Assembly (NCBI RefSeq): GCF_032062105.1
Contig: NW_026928881.1
Span: 186,001-250,000, forward strand
DNA from: Saccostrea cucullata
Taxonomy: Eukaryota
Direction: 5' to 3'
DNA length: 64,000 nucleotides
Shown here: positions 40,501 to 52,500 of the stretch, piece after piece
Numbering within the stretch: position 1 is the first letter of the stretch
Layout of the letters: every line of letters starts with the position of its first letter
Position numbers and translations under genes: made by a program
Notes under the pieces: model-generated
Seen by the model: only the letters and a program-made list of their open reading frames with translations
The model's database searches: none
Told to the model about the DNA's origin: nothing

Positions 40501-43500
40501 GGTAAGAATTTCACACAAATTACATGCACATTATAATATTGATGCTTATAATTACATGTAGAATTAGAGTAAGCTCCTTTCTTGTATATTGTCTAGTGAA
40601 TTTAGAATACATGTACATAGATATATGAACAATTCATATTCTTTCCTCTGGTGTATTTTTATTACTGTCCCTGCAGTAGGGATAATAGAAGACATCAATA
40701 TTTAAAACTTCACCTGAAATTCAAGTAGAATGAATTTTGAGAAGGGCATTTTTGACTATTGATTTTTTTAAGGGTGGAAGCTCTATGATGTTTGCAAAAC
40801 AGTCATTGATTTTAATTATCAGTTGAGCGGAACATTGATTATTTCCTCCTTTGTCAGTTTCACTGCTTATTGTGTAAATAACTTCTGGAAATAAGACATT
40901 TTTCTTAATGCTCTTGATACTGACCGAAAAGATGTGAAATTGATTCTGACTTCTGCCAGAAGTTTGTGTATTACTTTGTCTGCAACAGTGATTTTATTTT
41001 CTGCTAATGAGGTTATTTTATTTTTGGTTATTTCTTGTCTCAAAGCATAAAGTCTTTGAGGTTTATTTGTAATTTTTTTGTGAATCTTATAATTAAACTC
41101 AGGAAGATTACAAATAATGTTACATATTTGATATTTTTTTTATCCTTATGAAAAGTGTGCATTAATAGACAGAAATATTGGAAAACACTAACTATAAGGT
41201 CATGTTTAAAATCATAGGTGCATTAGAATTAATACATAAGGGATTTCTTCTGGTTCTCCCGAGTATGGATTTCAGGTTCTTACACTTCAGTTTTTTCAGT
41301 TCATTGAGAGGTGACCCATACTGATAACAGAAACGTAGAGATTTTATCAGCTCAGAAATAATTAGCTTCCTGGTACATTCTTTTATGGAGAGAAATGGTA
41401 TCCTAAAAAGTTGATTAAAATTACAATTATCTTATGGTATATCTGTATTGACTTCTTTATTTGACAGAGCATGTGGTTTGTGAGGATGAATTTAAGTATG
41501 CTTTACTTGCCAACAACTGTCTGTGTCCAGCTACCTCAACATTGGTTACTCTGCTGCTCCACACCTCCAGGGGACAGTAAGTCTGATTGGTTAAAAAAGC
41601 AAATATATGTATGTTCATTGGTAAAAAATTATACTCAGCTGCTGCACACCTCTAGGGTACAGTAAGTCTGATTGGATAAAATCATGTACTGTAAATAAAA
41701 TGTATACCGGTATTCATTGGTTAAAAACAAGAGGTAGTGAATTAAAAATCTGATTAGTTGAAATGACTGCAAAAAAGATCTTTTGTACTATTTATCACTT
41801 TAAAATGAGCACATATGAAAGGAAACTATGAATTGGTACAAGTATTGAACCATCTAGATACAAAGGAGAAAGACTGTCACAAACCTTTCTGACAAATAAA
41901 ATAACTCAACTTTTAGAATGGAGACCTGTGTCTAATTTTTCAGTGTTATCTTAAAGCAAACTAGCACAAAATGCTATATTTTGCAGTTAGGTGTCTGTTT
42001 TATTGAAATTAATGCCATGTTCTGTCACACAACAGAGCATTATAATCCTTGGTTTTGATATTGATTTAGTAATCAATGATTTCTGTTGACAGAGAAGGAC
42101 AGCAGTCTTCTGAGGAATGGCAGAAATTATACGGGAAATGTTCAGGAAATGAAATCTACCACATCAAACTAGGCGAAAGCAAGTTCTTCAAGGAATATGA
42201 AGGGAAAAGCTTTACATATGCCTCATTTCATGCTCACAGAAGGTGAATGCTTTGCCTTGTTGATTACTTTGAATTAGTATTTACATTTAAAAGTACATTG
42301 ATAATTATACAGACTTAAAATTATTGCGAACATATAATTACATAATTAACATTGATAATTATACAGACTTAAAAATTATTGCGAACATATAATTACATAC
42401 TTAACAATTATTGCAACCATAACGAGTTTTGCTGTATTCTGTACTGAAAATACATGTATTTCCCCTTAATACCAACATGTAATGGGTCTTAATCCATTTG
42501 CTGGCCTTGCCTGACACTATAAAAAATCAGTAATCTTAGTGAGGCAGAAGCATGGTTGGAGGTTCAAATCCTGTCTAGCTGCTGTGATGTAGATGTACGC
42601 TTGACACTATTCATTGTGTTTCTTGAATATCAGCTGTCAACATTTTACAAATCTACAAACCTTCAAGATGATAGTTGATTTGTCTAGTACATAGTTATTA
42701 AACCGGACTTCTTTATTATTTAACTAAAAAATAAATTTTGTTTGGCTATGTTTGCATAACTCACCCCTTTACTATTTTTCACAGATTTGGGGTCAGTTTA
42801 GTTGGAGTTGACCAGAACATCCAAGACTCCACCATCCAGTTGAACCCTGGTCCTCGACACATCATGAAGTCCACAGACATCTGTTTCTACATGAACATCA
42901 CCAAGGAGGAGAATACACGGACCTTTAACCTGGCCCATCCCCAGGAGGGGGGACAGAAGCTGGACCAGCAGAACCTCCCCACGGGGACTCAGCAGGCCTC
43001 AAGGGTGGCTAGCATGATAGCCAGTGTGGGTAGGTGTTTAGTACAGATACTTTGTAGTAGACAGTAGAGATTTCATTGTTAGTAGTAAAAGTACCTGTTA
43101 GAAATAAGTCGGCCTCCAGGGTGGCAAGCATGTTTGCTTGTGGGGGTAGGCGTAATGATACACTTAACTTGTGGTAGACTGTAGAGATTTAATTGTAGTT
43201 ATGAAACTGTTAGATTTTTAAGACTAACATGAATGAAATATTAGTATAATATATATTGTGTAGAATGGAATGATCATTGTTGTATATATCGTGACACAAT
43301 CACAGCAAAGTCTGTTAACTTGGTCTGCTTCTTCATTCTGAGATATTTATCATAGCATTAACTTTATGAATAATTTAATTCTTAAAATATAATCACAAAA
43401 AAATATTTCCCTTCTTGTTTGATCTAAGGTGAAAGTTTTGATGATGATTTTCAGCCAGGTTTGTATTTCTATCAGATTTTGAAAGTTGTTTTCTCACCGT

Positions 43501-46500
43501 TTTTCTCCTTTTACTTCTCTTATCATGTGAAATCCTTCATAAAGTTAAATTAAAATAAAATATAGGGGGAAAAATTCTTAAAATTTGATGCAAGGTTCTA
43601 GCATGAAAAGTCACTTTATATAAATTTCATTTATGACTATCAGTGAAGCTGGAGTGTCATTCATTTGTGACACCAAAAAATATCATTGCTTTAAAGGATT
43701 TCTTGTGATATTTCACCTGTGTGTGTTGAATTTATTGTTTGAAGATTTTCCTTACTTTGAATCTTACTGGATATACATTCCACAGTTCACTGGAAGAAAA
43801 ATACTCTGGGATTAATTATTTCACCATAAAATTATGTTTCCTTAAATATTGACAGATTAGGGAGTAAATTGTCTTTGTACAATTTCTTGAGTCAGCTATA
43901 CTTTCAAAGTACAGATTGTTATGGTGTTTTTTTTAAGTCACCAATACACTACTAGATACTATCTTTTTTTCAAATATACCGTATATTGTACTATTTTACA
44001 CATATATGATATTAATTTGTAAGTATGGAAGGCACATTTACAGCTGTATATATACACTGTACTCACATATATCAGGTGATTTGCACAACTGTACTTGTAT
44101 TTAAATAATTATGTAAATTGGTAGTACATTTTATTGTATTTTTTTTAAAAGATAGACGTGGAATATTTTAGATTTCGTATGCACTTTAAGTCTTTTTTTA
44201 TGGATGTTTCTGTATGATTTCTAGAAAAAAAATCATTCAATACACCTTATTAAATTTTTTTAAATTTTCTTTTCATCTGTTTCTAATTTCAATACTCCAT
44301 TTTCAAAAGTTCTTTTCACCATTTCTACTACATGAAATATCTCTATGTAAAGTTTTACTTAAAAATATTAATTTGCTGTGCATTGTGTTTTAATTAAAAG
44401 CATGCTTAATATTAATAGTTTACAAAATCTAGGGTTAATCCCTGCAGGCAATGAATCTTTTTCAATGTGACGTACATAATGAAAAATGGAATGAATATCT
44501 GTGAGAATTTTAGTACACCTCCATACACAGATAATAAGCTTTCAAAATGATGTTTTAATTGAGTTTATTGGGAACTTTTATTATGTTGCCCTCTGTATTA
44601 CGATGTTTTACCGTTACAAAATGAATATCGTAATAACGGGATTCCACTGTATTATTTTTTATTTCATTACCTCTTTTAATAACAAGGTAACTTCTTTTTT
44701 AAAGGAACTGTAGCCCTAGAGTTACAACACACGAGAGTAGCTAACTCAGACTCCAACAAGTCACTGAATTCTCCGTCAGGCGTAAAACGTCCCTCCCACC
44801 TAGAACTTCCGAAAGGCTTGAACATCCAGAGTCTGCAGAAACGGCCCAGCATTGCTCCTGTCCCAGCATTCCTAGAGGCTAACGATATCCGTATTCAACT
44901 GAACTCGGATATAGAGTCGGATGAGGAGGAGGAAATTCCATCCATGGATTCAGATGATACTGGATATGAGTAAGTTATCCATCATATTTACTTGTAGAAA
45001 TCTATCTAAACCATTTTAGGGAATGTACAATTATTTTTGAGTTGGATAAAAGAAAATTTTTTAGTTTTAAACTAAGTATATTTATCGATACAATATCTTC
45101 CTATGTATTGATTATTGAGCCTTAGCTGGAAGTTTTATGAATCAGTGTTGTGATTCCTAATATATTATGGAATTATTTGCATAAAATTTTATTTTTGTAT
45201 GATATTAAATTAGAATTTTTTAAAAATATATATATTAACAATGACTTTCAGGTATGTTCGAGGATTTCCACCTGTTACTCCTTACATAGGTACCTCTCCA
45301 ACTCTCTGTCACCTCATGAAGGAAAAGAGGCCCCAGTGTTGTCTTAAACTTGCCACAGTAAGAAATGTTTAAAGTATTGTCATACTTATATACAATCAAT
45401 GATAAATAAAAAAGATTTTGGTAACTTTCTTCTTTTTATTCAGGAATGTGAACATTGCTTCCATAAGAACGCTAAGGAATACCAGTTTCCAAACCGAGCC
45501 ATTATTGTGTGTGCTGACTATGCCAGCAGTGGACTGTATAACTTTATTGTGCCGCTCCGATCTCACGCCCGCCCCAGAGCTTCACTCAATCCCATTGTCC
45601 TACTGTTAGAGAGAGAGTAAGTGTTAATGGTACAACAGCTCTTATAGAAAGATTAATTTATTACTTTATTTAAAAAAAACATGCTATTACATAATAGTAA
45701 GCAGAGAATTTCTTCTTTGCAAAACATGTTAGATTGACTCAACTATACTTAATTCGATAGCATCCCTTGTGTAATTAAGAAAATTTAATAATCCAAGTGT
45801 AAAATTTCTCTGTCTCCTGAGTTTGTTAAGTATAAATCATGATTTTAATATTAGTGACATATTTTTGTCTTGCAGACCTGATTCCACTTTTTTAGAGACA
45901 ATCTGTCATTTTCCTATGGTTTATTGGATGATTGGATCCATAGAATGGTAATTTAATTTTAACACTACGCTGACTTCAAATTTATTAGTTTATCATAGCT
46001 AAAGGCTCAAATAAAGTTTTCTGACAGAAATTAACTTATTTTCTGTCATCTGCATTATCACTTGTCAATGCATGTTTAACATTTCTTAATTTCATCTTTT
46101 ACTCCAAAACTGAGCCAATTTCAACCAAACTTGGCATTGTATCAATGAATTAAAGAGGCCCAGGCCCCAAGGTCATAAAACTTAGATGAGCTCACTCTTG
46201 ATCTCTGTCTAACTTTTCCACTAAAAATTCCTTAGGGAAAAAAGTGAGATTAGGATCAAAAGTGAATTAATTCTAGTTTTATGGCCCCAAAGCCTAGTTT
46301 GTTCATGACCGTTAACAGGCCTTAGCAGGGCAAAGGTGACTCAGGTGAGCATTGTGGCCCATTGACCTTGTAGCAGTGCCAAGATAGATAACTCCTTTTT
46401 GTCATCCAGTTGCATGCAAATTGGTTTAATCATACATATTTCATGTGACATGTAAACTGAACATTGAACGACCTGAACCTATAACAATTGCTGTTAAGAA

Positions 46501-49500
46501 CATTTCATGATTTCTCATTACATATATGTTGTATTTGAATAGTGAAGGAAGTCAGATTAAAAGGTGCCGTATTATATTTCATGTGTTTCCAGAACATGTA
46601 CAAACATCACAATTCTAAAACACCATTGCTCATTTAATCATTTATTGCATTTTGCACCATCATATGTTTTTTTTTCTTTTTAAATATAATTAATATATGT
46701 ATAGTCCTTATAAAGTAAAACTGAAGGTATACAGAATTCTTTGATATTGCATATCCCATGCTTTGTTTTGTTTGGAAATGGTTTATAAATTTAGCACAAC
46801 ACAACAAGTTTAAAATCACACAGCACCATTACACATAACAATATAAGATGCAGAAAAAATACAAAACTTTTTTAAGGTTATTTAAGTCTTGATCATTTCA
46901 TGAATGGGTTACATCAGGTTATTCCTTGCCTTTTTCCACAAACTTGAACGTAACCCTCAGCAGATTTTTAAGAAAGTGCAATAAATAGCTGTAAGGATTG
47001 ACAAGTATACAATTACACTGTACTCGTATTCATTTTCAACTTTGTTATTGGGATTAACAGAAATCAATTCTATTTTTTTCCACAGTATTGATGATTTACT
47101 GCGAGCTGGAATTAATCTGGTAGATAATATTGTGATTGTCAACAAAGAGTCCTCTAATTCTGCCGAGGAGGAAACGCTAGCTGACTGTAACACTATTGTA
47201 GCTGTCCAAACTATATTTAGGTAAGATAACTTTCTTTGGTTATGCTATTTTTAGCAACTTAATGAGCAAAATTAATAAGAAATTGCCAATGTAAAAATAA
47301 CTTAGCACATTCTTTTCAAAAAGTTTAAAGGATATAATGTTAATTAAAAAGTTATATGAATAATTAAAAATGCAACGGGCCCCTGCTAGAAACAATTATA
47401 GACTCTGCATAGCATATTTATAAAGGAATAATAGAAATTTAACAATTTCTTAATCCAAGAGTGTTTATAATCTTCATGTGCTTTTTATGTCCAATACAAC
47501 ATATACTGGTATGTAAATTTATACTTAATTTTAAATGCTTTGCTTTGTCCAGACTGTTTCCCAGTGCTAACATAATCACAGAGCTCTCTCAGACTTCCAA
47601 CATGCGCTTCATGCAGTTCAGGGCCAACGACTCTTATGCTTACTCGCTTGCCAAACTGGAAAAGGTATTACAAACAGTTAACTTCATGTGTAGTGTATAA
47701 GTTCTAGTTTTCTTTATTAAATCTTCCTCATGAAAAATGCATTAAAATTATTGATTTTGAGCTGGATTTCTTTTTTTTTTTTAAAGTAAAATGAAAAGAC
47801 TGTCGTTTATAAAGACATACTCATTGGAAAGTCCATTTTTGACACAAAATCTTTAGTTGATGTTTTTAAGTTATTTATAGTTTTTATGTTGAGTATCAAT
47901 TAATATTTGAATTAAGGTATGTACATTAATCTCTATTTAACATTACAGAAAGAGAGAACAAGGGGTTCCCATATAAGCTATATGTTTAGGCTGCCTTTTG
48001 CTGCTGGTAATGTGTTTAGTGCCAGCATGCTGGATACTTTATTGTATCAGGTAAAATGTCATGTTATGCATTATACAAAGGGCTCTAAATGTTGTCACAT
48101 AAGGTTATTCTAAATTTTGAAAATGTAAAAGGCATATATGTAAGATATATCAGCATTCTGTTAATATTTAGTTAATTTAGAGAATATAAATGACATCAGA
48201 GAAAATGTTAAATTTGTCATAGCTCTAATAATTTTTTTTCTTTCTATTTTCAGGCTTACCTGAAGCCATACTTGATCACATTTGTTCGACTTTTACTGGG
48301 CATAGATCAAGCAGTTGGTTCAGGACATTTATCTTGTGTGAGTTTCATGGTTACAGATATATGACAATTTTCACCTTGTATCAGAAAATGCATTTTTTAT
48401 CAAAGCAATGTGCCTCTCAGACTCACAGTGGAAATAAAGGAAAGTGATATTTTTTGCTCATGCTGCCATAAAGAATAATGTATGGGTGTATCAAAAATAA
48501 TGTAAACATATATATAAAAGACAATAGTGAACGATTATATTAATAAGTACCATATGTAGAATTTTTAGCAAGGATTTAATTTTCAAAAGAAAATTTAATA
48601 TCGCTAAAAATAAATTTCATTTGTAATAGCTTCTTTAGGTGCATTTAAAAATCACTAATAAAACAGCTAAAAATAAATTACCTTGTTATTTGCGTCTCGC
48701 TAAAATTTCCACTTATATATTGTTTTAATTTTGCAGATGAAAATAAAAAAAGAGGACCTTTGGATTCGCACATATGGCCGTCTCTATCAGAAACTTTGCT
48801 CAACGACGTGTGAGATTCCTATTGGTATTTATAGAACCACTATACAGCCCCGCAGTGCTCCGGTGACCGTAGAGTCACATGGCCCCGGCAGTAACGTACG
48901 TATCACTAGAGTGGTGTCCCTTAGATCAGTGTTCTGTCAATAGAAGACTGAGTTTGAATAGCATGTGTCTATATAAGTTTGCATGAAGTTTTTTCATGAT
49001 TTCAAATTTATGTGATTAGTATCTATGTTTATAAGTTTAATTAAGTGTACAAGGTTTTCTATCAAAAATAAGATGTGAAAAAAAATGATTAAGATCTCTG
49101 AGAATTACGTAGTAAAATTCTTTTGTAGACATCTTTCAGATTATATCATGATAATAGCTTCACTTTTTTTTTTCTCCATTTCATATTTTATCTCATAAAT
49201 AAGCTAAGCAGAGATTTATTCTCAAAAGAATAGAAAACACAGTAGCTGTGTGTGGTTTTTATAGAATCTGACTTGTTAATGACTTACTTAAAGAGTGATT
49301 TTTAGCAATGTCTAAAATTGTTTAACTTTAGGGATGAATTATTTTTTGCTTCCTATAGGCGCCACGAGATCAGTCCGCTCTGAACCTTGCCTTTAGAAAT
49401 TCTGTTGTAAGTAACTTAGAGCATTTTACTTGCAGAAGTCTCTACTAATTCATGGTGTGTATGTGTGTGTGAGTTTTTCTGTTGTTTATATTGTTTATCC

Positions 49501-52500
49501 CTGTCTTTCCTGTCAGTAGAATCTCCCCTTCCCATTATAAATATTTCCATGTAGAGCTTTACCTTTTGTTTGTGTCAATCTGTAAGGTTCCTGTTTATTT
49601 CTTTGAGATTAGGAAGGTAGGGTGTACCTATATCTACTTGTATTTCATAACATAAAATGTCAGGTGCTGGAAGTGTTCATAGATAAAATTAAGCATTGTG
49701 AACAAGCCCGATTTTAAAGTATGTTTCTTTTGTGATTAAATATAGCTTACTTGATTAGGGTCCAACACGAATTTGCATCTGCCCTACATTATTTTCTTAA
49801 ACTTTGTTGTTTGGTTCTTTAGAGAAATATATATATAAAGATATAAATATAATTATAAAAAATCACACTCTACTCTTTCCTTAAAGTATAATATACCAGT
49901 GCCAAATTTCCTTGTGTAATATCAAATCACAATGTCAAAGCTGTCCCATGTCCTTGACCCAAGGTCATTCTATCATGTCCAAGGTTACTGACAAAAAAGT
50001 ATAATATCAAAAAAGTTTTGTTTGCAGATGAATCATGAAACAAAGATTATTTATGCTTAAATTATTTCCTTCCCTTGCCCAAGGTCATTGTGGCAAGGTC
50101 AAGGTCCTGATAAGGAAAATTGGGTGTCCATTTTCCACTAAACATTTTTTAAAATCAGAGTAGGAATTGTTGTTTTATTGGGGTTTTTTTTAATCAAGGT
50201 CATTTGATAAAGATCAAATTTATAAATTAACTTCATTTGAATGGGCATTTTTTTAAAAAAATGTTATTAATGCTTGCTCACAGTACCTCTAGCTTAATGT
50301 TGAGAATATACCTTTGTAAACAGAATAATGTGATGTATATGTTTATCATAAATGTCCAGAATATTGTTGTAAACAAAACCATATCTATATATGTGTTTCT
50401 ATACTTTTTCCTTGCTGTTGCTTTTGACAGATCAGAAGAAAGCCGAACCCTTCCCAAGACAAGAATGAAAAAGATGTACGCAATGTTTATTCTCTCTCTA
50501 AATGTACTTTCAATACTTAGTGTATTACCTATAAAAGTTCAAAAATACTCTTCATGCATGTAATGCCTTAAAACATTGTAAAAATATGTTGTGCTTCCAA
50601 CTTACATTTTAAGCAAGATGACTCGTAGGATAGAACTTTATATAAGAGGTGGAGGTAATAAAATTCATCAACCATTAATGTTTAAAAGACCACAGTTTTA
50701 GGCCTGTTTTCTGGTTATTAGGTGAACCTGAGTGTGATGGGGATAGAGGTGGACAATAATAACCAGATGACCCCGGAGAGGCATGAGATCAGTCAGATGG
50801 TCAAATGTCGCATGCACAGCCTCGGTCAACCAACCAAAGATTATGGTCAGTCTGTAAACCTTTTTTACTATTCTCAGTTCACTCCTTATGTACAATTTGC
50901 GTGAAAGTGATGACATGAATGATAAGATGTCTCTGACAAATTTTATTTTGTAAAACAGTGTAAAATATGAATTTCAAAGTCTTGTAAAATTAATGCAACA
51001 GATATGGATGGAACGACATTGAATTTTAGTCAACCAACTTTTATTCGTGAAGACTTTATTTCGCGATTTACCAAGGATAAACTAGTTCGCGACGATTAAT
51101 TTTCGCAACCAAGCATTTTTGCATCTGTTTTAATAAACAAATACACTATAAGGACCAGTTCTCGGCGAGAAATATTTGCGATGACGAGGCTCTCGCCAAT
51201 TTCGCAAAATTTCTCGCTCACGAATAAAAGTTGCTTTACAGTAATTTTTATGCACATGTAAAGCAGAAGTAATACATTTACCTTTAATCTCAAACCCATA
51301 TATTATGGTTGATCCTAAAGCTGAAATATTCTTTCTTCAACAATTTTAAAATAAATCTATCATTTGAGCTCCAGAATGCTTACTTGATGAAGGGAAAAGC
51401 TAAAAAAAGAAATGTAATACGCTCTGTGACTTGTCTGAATTATTTCTGTTTATGGTATGATTCCATGTAAAAACCATTTGTTGCAGATGAAGTGAATGAC
51501 AAGAGGAATACGATCTCCTACGTGATTATCAACCCTAGTTACGACCAGAAACTACAGCTTGATGATGTCATGTAAGTCAAGGAATTAACTGATTATTTTG
51601 CAATTCCTGGTGTATTTCATATATAATATATTTAAGGAAATTTAATGCTCATAAATTGGTTCTTCATTTTTAATGAAATGAATACATGAAATTGTTTTAA
51701 AAGTATTGAATAATCATGTGTTTGCAATCTTTATACTTCATACTTTTTATAGTAAGAAATTAAGTAATAATTTTTTTTTTTTAATTCTAAACAGATACTT
51801 GATGAGGCCAAGCTCATTATCCCCACAACCTTCACCCCTGATTGACGAGAGAAAATCCCCCCACGTCAAGAAAACCATGAAGAAACGGGAAGAACCTACA
51901 GGGGCAGATAACCCTGACAATGAATCCAAGTGTCAAAGAGACTGTTCAACCCTGCCCCACGAAGGGAGGTTTGGAAAAGCTAAGAGCTTATCAACACTGG
52001 AACAAAAAGCAAATGTGTCTTGTGATATGAGGAAAAGCAAAACATTTTCACCAGATGAATTGAGGGTGGGTTTTCAAAATATCATTATTTATTTTCAAAA
52101 GTTTGATGTAGTGTTCTATTATTTACTTGGAATTATTTTAAACCTATTAATTCAGGTATTGTTAAAGGACAAACTTAAACCTTTGCCAAGAAAGTGTCAA
52201 GTATATGGCTCAAAATTTGATGTTTAATCCTTCAAATATTAAAATAACTTGTCACTTGTGATATAAGACTGTAAGAAATGTTGCATAACTATTGACTGAA
52301 AGGGAATTTTTCGTCAAAAAAATGATAATGCTGAATTTTAATAAAGTTAAAAATATATGTATTATTCCAGATTCCTGACAAGTTGGGATACAGCAGTGAA
52401 AATGAATGGGAGTCGGACTGTTGTCATTCCCTGGAGGACTGTGAAGAGCAGCCCAGATTTAGCCTTGACAACAGATCAACAGGGGACAATCCAGCCAATG

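Noticed and set aside
42295-42410. ~56-bp intronic tandem duplication
   Set aside because: Ordinary local duplication with no splice signals involved.
42540-42620. B-box-like GGTTCAAATCC
   Set aside because: Too decayed to delimit; probably an old SINE fragment.
52066-52227. Hydrophobic ORF extension suggesting an extra C-terminal TM helix
   Set aside because: AT-rich read-through past the donor at 52066; a good downstream terminal exon exists. Intron retention is not strictly excluded.
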